A DNA stretch of 64,000 bases from Epithemia pelagica (lineage: Eukaryota > Protista > Bacillariophyta), in NCBI GenBank assembly GCA_946965045.2, contig OX337228.1, positions 1,736,001 through 1,800,000 of the forward strand, in the 5' to 3' direction. Made by a program: the position numbers and the translations under genes. Under the pieces are notes generated by a model. That model made no database searches and was not told the DNA's origin. It worked only from the letters and a program-made list of their open reading frames with translations. The first letter of the stretch is position 1, and each line of letters opens with the position of its first letter. Shown piece by piece: positions 1 through 9,035 of the stretch.

Positions 1-1
1 A

Positions 2-2275
2 CTCACCAGCACCATTGGCTCTGTACATCATCGTGTAACCCGAAGTCCAGATCGAGACGACTTTCCACGTTTTGCTAGTCCAGGTGGAGTCCTGAGTGAA
101 GTGTCTCCGTCTAAGCGCTTGAGAACCACTGAATCGCGTGCTACTGTTCGTGCATCATGTGAAAGTGCGGCTTTGCTCCGAAGGGCTCTGTTCGAATCGC
201 AACAGGAAAGCGATAAGTCTACTACGACGGCCGCAGTCCCAAACTCTTCTATTATTGAGCTTGTTGATGACTTGCCTCCTCCTTCAGAGAAGACGAAGAA
301 GAAAACAGCATATGCTTCTATTATTGAGCTTGTTGATGACTCGCCTGCTCCTTCAGAGAAGACGAAGAAGAAAACAGTAGATGTGGTCGACCTTGTGGAT
401 GAGTTCGATGTAAATGAGTGCATAATGGATCAGGCACCACGTAGAGATGACACTCTTCGATCGGACTCAAAGCCAACAGCTATCCCGAAACGCAAATTAG
501 ACTTTCCTGCGTCCAACGTTCTCGAACTCCTAGAAAGTGATGATGATGATGACGAACTGCTTGCCGGTGGTCCCACTTTCAAAACAAAGTGCGAAAGAGT
601 CCGGTCTTCGTCCTTCAAGGACTCCCAACTCATCGACATCCCTCACGGCGCTTTGCTGTCCATTGCAATTGATAACCGTGAGCGCAACCGTAATTGTACT
701 CCTCGCTTTCTCCGAACGGAGCTTGTGAGGTTGGTTTCGTCTGGTCCAGTTTCATTTGCATGGCCATCGGTGGTGCGTCGTCCACAAGTTGTTGAAATGC
801 CATTGACCTACGGTGACTTCAACTTCCTAATGAAAAATGAGTCTGGAAAAGAGTCGACGCTTGCCGTCATGGTCGAAAGAAAGAGAATTGGGGACTTGGT
901 GCAACGCAGTGCGACCAGAGATCATTGGGGCCAACTTCAGAGGATGCGAGATAGATGCTCTGCCTTGAGTGTGCTACTGTTGGAAGGAGACTTTCGGACG
1001 GCAGCTGCATTCGTTGCCTTTGGTGCACCAGAGGGTTGGCGAAAACGTGACCACGTGATTGATGATGAGGAAAGTCTTCTGAGATTTATGGGTAGAGCAA
1101 TTCTTTCTTCAGGTAGTTTTCGATTTGTCCAAACTAAAGACGAGCAGGAGTCGCTACGAGCCGTCGCAGCTCTTGGCCTTGTCTCGATGGTGGCTTTAGC
1201 AAAGCAAACGGACCAACAGGTTGACAAGTTGAAAAATCCATACAAAGGAAGTGATAATGGTGGCCCACAGATTCTGGCGGATCGTCTACAAGCTGGTGGT
1301 ATCCCGTGGCAGATTGCCAAGGATTTATCTCAAGAGCTGGGATCTGTCCGTCAGTTCGATTCGCTCTATGCTGCGATCGAAGATAGTGAATGCCGAGAAC
1401 AGCTCTTTGCGCCGTTCATCGAAGATGCCTGCCTGCAAGTTGAATCGGAATCTTCACCTCACGCATGGAGTAAGGCCATTCATTCTGCACACTATACGAC
1501 TTGTTGCAATAGCCAGGAGATCCGAGCTCGTTTTCAAGGTACGGAGCAATTTGTTACAGATCGAGCAGAGCTTCTTTCCAGACTTCATTCAGGCCAAGAT
1601 CCAGAAGCAGCCATAAATGCCAGTTTCGATTCAAGTGGAAGTGCGTCGAGCACAGAGCTAGGACGACGTCGAGTTGTGCAAATACAACTCCCCGAGCACT
1701 TGAAAGATACTTTCGAGAGCACTGATTGCCTGCAACATACATCGTTTTACAGAATGCAATATAGTCCGCGGAAAAACCTTGTTGTGATGCAAACAAGGGA
1801 TGAACGGTACGAGTCAGAGCCCTTAGCCATTTTCCTTCTGGAGGGTATTACAATGGTGGAGCAGCTTCGATCCGCCATGAACAAAAATAGCGACTGCTTC
1901 ATTGCTTCACGAAGCCTCGCAGCTCAGTTGGACCGGGAAGTCTGTCGCCGTCCTGTTTCAATGTCACCTTCCTACTTCTCGCGGCGTGTCTTGCTCATAC
2001 GTGGGTTGAGACCCGCGTTGGAGCAAATGGCCAAAAAGTCCGGTTATCGACGAGAGAGTCGATTTGTGTCTGACTTGGCTTTGGCTCATTTAATGATATC
2101 GCATGGAATTGTCGTCATTCATGCCGTTCGAAAAGGAGATGCGGCGGCGGCAACAGCAGCCTCAGCCAGGCGTCAAGAATCGAAACCGCTATCGGATCAA
2201 GCCAAAATATTGCGTTCTTTGGCCTTGGCTTGTTTCCACTTTCAGCTTCTCACCAAGAAGCGATCTTTGTCATAA
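2..2275 (+). CDS. MUS81-like ERCC4-domain structure-specific endonuclease, 5' partial, with a putative second degenerate EME1-like ERCC4 domain
   Basis: The frame is open from base 2 with no stop, so the gene starts upstream of the window. Motifs: IAIDNRER, YGDFNF (GD at 812), VMVERKRIGDL (ERK at 875), LLLEGD, and an HhH-like LQAGGIPWQIAKDL segment. These match the XPF/MUS81 GDx(n)ERKx3D active site. Confidence 0.8.
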   Translation, partial: LTSTIGSVHHRVTRSPDRDDFPRFASPGGVLSEVSPSKRLRTTESRATVRASCESAALLRRALFESQQESDKSTTTAAVPNSSIIELVDDLPPPSEKTKKKTAYASIIELVDDSPAPSEKTKKKTVDVVDLVDEFDVNECIMDQAPRRDDTLRSDSKPTAIPKRKLDFPASNVLELLESDDDDDELLAGGPTFKTKCERVRSSSFKDSQLIDIPHGALLSIAIDNRERNRNCTPRFLRTELVRLVSSGPVSFAWPSVVRRPQVVEMPLTYGDFNFLMKNESGKESTLAVMVERKRIGDLVQRSATRDHWGQLQRMRDRCSALSVLLLEGDFRTAAAFVAFGAPEGWRKRDHVIDDEESLLRFMGRAILSSGSFRFVQTKDEQESLRAVAALGLVSMVALAKQTDQQVDKLKNPYKGSDNGGPQILADRLQAGGIPWQIAKDLSQELGSVRQFDSLYAAIEDSECREQLFAPFIEDACLQVESESSPHAWSKAIHSAHYTTCCNSQEIRARFQGTEQFVTDRAELLSRLHSGQDPEAAINASFDSSGSASSTELGRRRVVQIQLPEHLKDTFESTDCLQHTSFYRMQYSPRKNLVVMQTRDERYESEPLAIFLLEGITMVEQLRSAMNKNSDCFIASRSLAAQLDREVCRRPVSMSPSYFSRRVLLIRGLRPALEQMAKKSGYRRESRFVSDLALAHLMISHGIVVIHAVRKGDAAAATAASARRQESKPLSDQAKILRSLALACFHFQLLTKKRSLS
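246..377 (+). repeat. 69-bp tandem duplication (2 copies) inside the ERCC4 gene
   Basis: cttctattattgagcttgttgatgac...agaagacgaagaagaaaacag starts at 246 and again at 315. The copies encode SIIELVDD(L/S)P(P/A)PSEKTKKKT. Confidence 0.95.
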
Positions 2276-2579
2276 GGAAGCTGGCTCAGTGACTCCAGTT
2301 TTGGTGATTTTGGAACTCGAACCATAGATACAGTTAAAGTTCTAGTACATAAATACATAGCATACAAACTTTGATCTCAAATGTTCCATGCTAGAATGAT
2401 TCTCTATGGACTTCTTCGCATGTGTTCTGATTCATGAAACATGGTTATGACGTGGTAGCGTGGAAATAAAATGACGTAAATAGTCACTCAGATGCTTCTC
2501 CTGCTAGTTTTGTTACATTCATTCAAAGGTGGGAAGACAAGAAACCCCTAAAGGGTAGCTTTTGTGTGACCAACAACAA

Positions 2580-3647
2580 TTACATACGGGCATCCATTCT
2601 CCGATACGAGTCGTCTTCGTGCTCGTCGTGCATTATACGTCCCCGTTCCACAAATCCCATGGACCACCAGTGGCTAAAATCTTCAAAGGATATGAGACGA
2701 TCCCCGTCCTCGTCGATTGAATTAAAGGCCTTCATGGTATATCGATCATCAAGTTCTACTCCCAAGTTCATCAATAACATGGAAAATTCTCGCGCGTCAA
2801 TGTATCCATCGGCATCCGTGTCGTAGGTAGAAAATACCAGCAACAAATAGGATTGATCAGCCAGCGAGTTGCGAAGCAACGCAAACTTTCTGGAAGCATG
2901 TACACCAACGGCCAGCGCCATGACTCCAACAAACAAAAGAAAAGCTCCCGAATAAACACTGGGCGCCCACATTTGACCAATGGAAAGGATACCAACCGTC
3001 ACATAAAGGAAGCCTCGGCCCCACAAAAATCGAAGGATACTGAAGTTTCTTGTAATGAGGTTGCGCACATGCGACCTTAAACTCATGGGATGCGTCGACA
3101 TAAAACGCCCCTCCAAAGCCATGATCATAATTGAAAGAATAGTGATACAGACATACAAAACGATGGATTGTGTCTCAATCGAACTTGGACGGTCAAAATA
3201 AAAGGCTGAAGCGGAAACGACGATTGCCAATAAGGCTCCAAGAAAGGCAGGAACTCTAACAAAAGGTGTTCCTTCCTCGGCCTCGAATTTCCACTTCATC
3301 AAATGGCCGTTGAAAAGACTGTTGACGTGGTTTTGGTTGGCAACAGTTTGCATGTTCCGTTCGGATTCTTCATACGTCCCTTGGTCGTACGAAGTATACA
3401 TCCTATTGTTCTCGGATTGTGAATCCGTCTCCTGAGCCTTCATGGTTTCATCGTGCATATCGTAAGACGAATCATCGGATCGCACTGGTGGAATCACTCT
3501 CATGTTGTTGTTGTTCCTGGCAGAACCGCCTGTTTGTGAGGCTGCCCCTCTGTCTTTGATGGATTGGCCGCCCGTCCGCTTCTTTTCCGAAGAAGAAGTA
3601 GCTTTTCGGGGAAGGCTCGATTTGGGTGAAGCACCAAACCAGCCCAT
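2580..3647 (-). CDS. COPI-associated/TVP15-like membrane protein with C-terminal EF-hand pair
   Basis: Four hydrophobic helices with a FLRFLWGRGFLYVTVG-type motif, then two canonical EF loops (DTDADGYIDAREF, DEDGDRLISFEDF). The N-terminus is MGWFG. Confidence 0.7.
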   Translation of the reverse strand: MGWFGASPKSSLPRKATSSSEKKRTGGQSIKDRGAASQTGGSARNNNNMRVIPPVRSDDSSYDMHDETMKAQETDSQSENNRMYTSYDQGTYEESERNMQTVANQNHVNSLFNGHLMKWKFEAEEGTPFVRVPAFLGALLAIVVSASAFYFDRPSSIETQSIVLYVCITILSIMIMALEGRFMSTHPMSLRSHVRNLITRNFSILRFLWGRGFLYVTVGILSIGQMWAPSVYSGAFLLFVGVMALAVGVHASRKFALLRNSLADQSYLLLVFSTYDTDADGYIDAREFSMLLMNLGVELDDRYTMKAFNSIDEDGDRLISFEDFSHWWSMGFVERGRIMHDEHEDDSYRRMDARM

Positions 3648-3685
3648 GGATGATCACGATGAGGGTTGGTCTGTGAAGAAAGTGC

Positions 3686-3741
3686 TGGTGGTGGTGGTGG
3701 TGGTGGTGGTGGTGGTGGTGGTGGTGGTGGTGGTGGTGGTG
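3686..3741 (+). repeat. (TGG)18 microsatellite
   Basis: Perfect trinucleotide run about 40 bp upstream of the ATG at 3647. Confidence 0.98.
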
Positions 3742-4866
3742 TTTACGCTGCAAGAGGACCCTTCTCGCCAAGTTCCCAAGTTGAGGATCGGCGATGATGG
3801 TCGTAACCAAATCGGACGTTCAAATTCCTTCAGGGACACTGCCTAGACCTAATGTCGCTTCAAGGTCACCCAATTATTGATCCTTTCTCTTCTTCTTTTC
3901 AGAAGCACTATCGTCGACTTGGATGATGATGGTGCGCGATGTAGCACATGAACATACACACCAACAAGGAATGCTGCCGGTGTTGCTTGGTCTCGGTTCT
4001 CTGGTGATATTTTGTGGTCTGGCCCATAATTCAGCGAGTCGCCCAATCGCCGGCCATCTCGCCCTGAAAACTCAAAGCGCTTCAGGATATAAACTCATAA
4101 CATACTTTGTTGTTAAAATTCCATACTTTCGCTTGGTAGTATACAATTCTCGTGTTTCCAAGATCGACCCTACGCACATGCCAACACCCTATATAATCAT
4201 CGATGTGGAAATTTGGTGTCTCGCCTCGCGTCCCACAAAGTACCTGGACGGCTCGTCGTTCGTAAAATTTTACTTGGACGTTGCCGTCGGTTGAGGGCGT
4301 GCGGCACGTGTGCAAATGCACTCCTCTCCAACACTCCAAGATTCAAGAAGCCAGCATTCGGAATCAGCTTCTCGTCCAGAAGTCGTTGAACAATTGCAGT
4401 GACAAGTGACAACCAAAGAAACAAAAATAGATCCGGTAAAAGAAAATGACTCTCTCTAATCAAAATTTGCCTGCATTCTTTTTGATGGAAAACCTCTAAG
4501 ATGTCCAATAGCCTCTTGCTCGATGACTGCACGTTCAGAGACAACGGAATTTGGGTTTCAGTTGGGAAACAAGGATGGATTTAAGTAGGTAGTGTGTGTA
4601 CTATGATCTTATCGGAGGAGACGAAAGAATAACAACTACTCGCCATCAATCTCCTCTTGGAACAACACCTTCTGATGCTGTTAGCGGATTGGATCATCCA
4701 ACTCCCTGTGTTGCAATCGTCCTTTTCAATCAGGAGGCATCTCCTGCATCAACGATTTCGAGACAGCACCTCTCCGTGACAAGAATTATCTGGTTCTGGA
4801 AAGATGACAGAGCGAAAAGTCTCACTTTTTGTTCGCTAGAAGTAAAGTTTGGTCTTGTGTCTCAGC

Positions 4867-6316
4867 TTACGGTACCGTGGGTTCCAAGCCAATTGCTGCG
4901 TCCGCACCAATCCCCAGAGTACAATTGATGGTTCTCAGAGTGGGCTCACTGTTGTTGTCCGGCTGTTGTTCTTGCGCAGCCATGGAGAGATAGGCCAAAC
5001 TGTAATAGGAGTGCAAAACATCGGGAGGTGCCTGGAATAGTTTGCCAAACCCTCCCATGGGCGTTTGACAGGAAAACACATAGTCGCAAAGAGCCCTGTG
5101 ATCCAAGAGATGATGCCGCTGCAAGAGTTGTAGGGTGCCTCCAATCCAATAGGAATAACAGGTATCCTCTGCCTTGTTTGGTCGTCCTTGCATCCCACCC
5201 ACTTGGCGAGAAACACACCAATGAATCAATTCGTGTCGCCAGTCCTCTGTCAAAACTTGATCCAATCGGTTCATTAGTACCAAACTGGCGATACCCGTAA
5301 AGGTGGATCCACCATGTCCCTCTTGACCTGGAATCAATGCCACGCCACCATCCCATGATTTGCATGCACAAATATACTGACAGGCACGGTCCATATCCAT
5401 ACCGGACCAATCTTGCAACAGGTAGGAAATGGCGGCGGCGCAATACAAGAAACGCATATCGTGTTCGCTGCCCACGGCAATACAGGCAAAGGATCCATCG
5501 GACAATTGCAACCTTGACAAGGCTCGGACAATGCCGCGTCGGTCCACCCGACTCAAATCATCGCCCAAGGTTCGTAACGTACACAAGGCAGTATAACTAA
5601 CGAGTACCTCCCCATGGAGAGTAGTGTTGTGTTGGAGGAGTGAGGTTGTAGATTGGTGGTGGATCGTCATCGTCATGCCAAACGCGCAACACAAAAAGAA
5701 AACCAAGGTGTTGAGAGCCTTTCCAAACCAGAAACATGCACACAGCAGGAGTTGGTCCATTCACATTCACTTACGTCATGGCAATGTGTCCATGATTGTA
5801 CTGCCAAGGCGGAGAATGGCCTTCGTTCGTCGTCGTTGTGTTTGTGCGAGCAAAGGATCCCCCTAGAAAGGTTCCTCCCTTGAAACCTACCAAACCTTCC
5901 CATTCCGGTGGCAATCGGTCATTGTCGTCGTCTTTTAATGGCGGAGTGGTCTCTTGTTCTTCGTGTTGCTGTTGTTGTGTGGCCAAGTAGTCTTGAATGT
6001 CTGGTGAGGTGACTTGGAGGGCATAGATCCATTCAATCAAGGCGGCCTTGTTAAGACGTAACTTTAACTGTGCCGCTTCATTTTGCCATATTCCAAACAA
6101 ATCCAAGGCGTGAACAGCAAAATGAACCAAGGTCAATCGATTGGTATCGAGTTTGGCATAGGGCATGGGGACCTTGCGCAAACAATAGGCAAAGTATGCC
6201 ACTTGGCGTTCCTGATCCAACGCCGACAATAACGATGACGGCGACAAAGTGTGAATAGGAGCTTCACTCGGATGGGAGCATGGTTCTTCTCCCGTTTCTT
6301 GTTGTTCGGAAGCCAT
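4867..6316 (-). CDS. PGGT1B: Geranylgeranyl transferase type-I beta subunit (2 exons)
   Basis: Prenyltransferase repeats: YAKLDTNRLTL, GHIAMTYTAL, DMRFLYCA, GQEGHGGST, GRPNKAEDTCYSYW, PDVLHSYYSL. The GT-AG intron 5774-5597 joins the two ORFs in frame (HIAMT|YTAL). The ATG at 6316 is inferred. Confidence 0.93.
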
Positions 6317-6584
6317 GACAGAGGGTATGATTATGATGGATGATCGCAAAAATGGCGGTGGCAGCAGAAACAGTGCGACATGGTCGACTATAAACCCCCC
6401 ACTTTGTCTTAGGTTGCCCCACCACGTGGTAAAGGCGCTCACTCCCACTTAGCCTCCCATCCCATATCCACGTGATCTTATCCATCGAATTCATCCACTT
6501 ATCTATCATCCATCTCCCAATCGGATCTCACCATATATATGCATCAACAAACAGAGTTTATAGCTCCTAAACAAGAGAGCGAGG

Positions 6585-8255
6585 ATGACAACACTAACAG
6601 CCACCCAATTACGCAATGCTCGGAAACGAAGATCACTTCAACGCAAGCGCCAACAGCAACAAGAGGAAGGACACAACAATTCACCAAGAAAACGACCTCG
6701 ATTGTCCAATCATGCTACTGCTGGAGTGCATAAAGTGCTGGATCCATCGATGCAATACATTCAAGATCCCTTGCAGGCTCCCCTGGTGAAACAAGCCAAG
6801 TCTTTCTTTTCGGATAAATTACCACCACCATCCACGACCACCACCGAATCGTCAAAGTCCAGTGAGTCTGGTTCGGCCGACCCAGCTCCCACGAATCCAA
6901 GATTCCAAGTGTTCCTTGGACCGTGCTATGAGTGGCGTACATTGGTGAAACTGGCGGTACGACAATCTACTGAATCACAAAACCAACCAGAACCGTTGTT
7001 GACCTTGGGCCTGTTTGCTCCCCATACGCATTCCTTGGTACCGAATTCCGGTTCCACCTGTCGTTTGCATCACCCCGTTGTGAATCATGCCTTGATGCGA
7101 GTGGAAGCATGGGCTCGACAGCTAAATGTGAATGCTTTTTCGGAACACGACAACGACAATTCGAACAAGGATCCACAATTAAAGTATGTCACAGCCAGTT
7201 TGGAACGAGCCACACAACGTGTTCAACTCACCTTGATTTGGCAACAACCATCGAAGGACCGACCTCCAAAACAGTCACGGGACAGCAACAACAACGACCC
7301 AACGCAATCATGCAGTGACAGTACAAACGAGAATGTTTGTCAGCATCCAGTGGTACACAAGCTATGTCAAGCTTTGATTCAAGATGGTACTTGTCCTCCA
7401 TCCAACTCGAGCAAAAAGAACAAGAAGAAAAAGAAAAGGGCAGCAACCACCAACGGTGCCTGGTTGCATTCCTTGTGGTTGCACGTTCATCCATACAATT
7501 GGAGTCGACACAACAATGCCATCTATGCCATTCCTAGCAGCAACCAGGAGGGTGGAACATGGCAGACGATTCATGGACCGTCGACGGGTACGGAGGAATC
7601 CTTTGGTCTATCTGTACTAGGTTCACCACCACCCACTCTCTCCATTCCACCCACCGTGTTTCGTCAAGGGAATCTGGACGCATTTGGAGCAATTGTTGGT
7701 CAGATTCGATCCTTTTTGCAGGAACAGAAACCACTCTCGCCTAACAACAAGAAATTACAGTTGGTGGAACTCTATGGTGGTGTGGGTACCATTGGATTGC
7801 ACTTGACGGACTTGTGCGCCTCGTACATTTGTTCGGATGAGAATCCACACAATCAAGCATGCTTTGAACGAGCCGTACAATCGATACGAGCGCAGGGACC
7901 AGGAAACGACAACGACGACAAGAAACAATGTGACATTCAATACCTTCCACTAAATGCAACCGACATGGTACAACAGCAAAAGCATGTCTTTTCAAAGGCT
8001 GATTGGATCATTGTCGATCCACCACGCAAGGGATTGGAACCAGTCGTGTGTCAGGCCTTGACGAATCATGGTCGAGCTTCGATTTTGGTTTATGTTAGCT
8101 GTGGATTTTCGGCCTTTGTCCGCGATTATCAACACTTGACCAGCTCCAATTCACGACATTCCTGGGAATTGGTCCATGCCTCCGGCCATGTCTTGTTTCC
8201 GGGAAGCAACGCCATTGAAACGCTAGCCTTTTTTCGACGGTGTCGGCCGTCCTAG
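6585..8255 (+). CDS. TrmA/RlmD-family RNA (uracil-5)-methyltransferase
   Basis: FRQGN, ELYGGVGTIGL (SAM binding), IVDPPRKGL, YVSCG (catalytic Cys) and LFPGSNAIETL. Confidence 0.88.
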   Translation: MTTLTATQLRNARKRRSLQRKRQQQQEEGHNNSPRKRPRLSNHATAGVHKVLDPSMQYIQDPLQAPLVKQAKSFFSDKLPPPSTTTTESSKSSESGSADPAPTNPRFQVFLGPCYEWRTLVKLAVRQSTESQNQPEPLLTLGLFAPHTHSLVPNSGSTCRLHHPVVNHALMRVEAWARQLNVNAFSEHDNDNSNKDPQLKYVTASLERATQRVQLTLIWQQPSKDRPPKQSRDSNNNDPTQSCSDSTNENVCQHPVVHKLCQALIQDGTCPPSNSSKKNKKKKKRAATTNGAWLHSLWLHVHPYNWSRHNNAIYAIPSSNQEGGTWQTIHGPSTGTEESFGLSVLGSPPPTLSIPPTVFRQGNLDAFGAIVGQIRSFLQEQKPLSPNNKKLQLVELYGGVGTIGLHLTDLCASYICSDENPHNQACFERAVQSIRAQGPGNDNDDKKQCDIQYLPLNATDMVQQQKHVFSKADWIIVDPPRKGLEPVVCQALTNHGRASILVYVSCGFSAFVRDYQHLTSSNSRHSWELVHASGHVLFPGSNAIETLAFFRRCRPS

Positions 8256-9035
8256 TATAGAATGTGCTTACGATAAGCGCTGGAACTTCAAAACAGCTCG
8301 GAAACTACGCATTTCTGTCTACTAGAGATGCATTTGGAAATCTCTATCCTATTGCAACTTGCAAGTTGTCTACGACGATTGACAAGACTCTCTTGTCAGT
8401 CGCTCGTGGAGAGCATGATGAGGATGGAACAGAGCTTCTTGGAGGTAGCCTCTAGGCTCATCTGAATGGCTATCTATTAGGTGGATAGGCGAAAACGCCA
8501 AGCAGGACAGCCGATATTCTATGCACAGCTTTGTCATTTGTTGCGTTTGCGGGAGAAAACGTTCTTACCAACCGAGATATGGGCTACAGTCTACAGTACC
8601 GGGTCGAACAACACCGGAGAGAACTGAACTGGGAACATTAAACAATGATTCAATGCACAGATACTGGTTAGTTGCCCGTTCATTCACCTTCGCTGTACCA
8701 AAGTTGCAGTAGTTGGTTCCTAGTTCAAAGACGGAGAGGAAGAAGCATCTTTGGAACATGGATACGGGACCGGGTTGTGAGTGGGTCTCGCGACTCCATA
8801 TCCCGGTTTCTATGCGGTTTTCAATCTATGCTATGCTTGTTCCGTTTCCTATCGCTATTCTTTTACCGAAATGTTTCAATCTGCACCCAATTCAAAGAAT
8901 ACGGGATGAGGAAACCAACTCCTCGCGACCCATTCTCTAAATCCACACAAACCACATGCCAGGTCCCAGGACCCCCGTTGGCACAATGACAAATAGGTAG
9001 TAAATAATCCATAGACTCCCCTTGTTGTCCTCTTG

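Noticed and set aside
8264-9030. Short ORFs between the convergent TrmA-like and RAD1 genes
   Set aside because: All are about 105 aa or shorter, with no motif and no terminal repeats; treated as 3' flanks.
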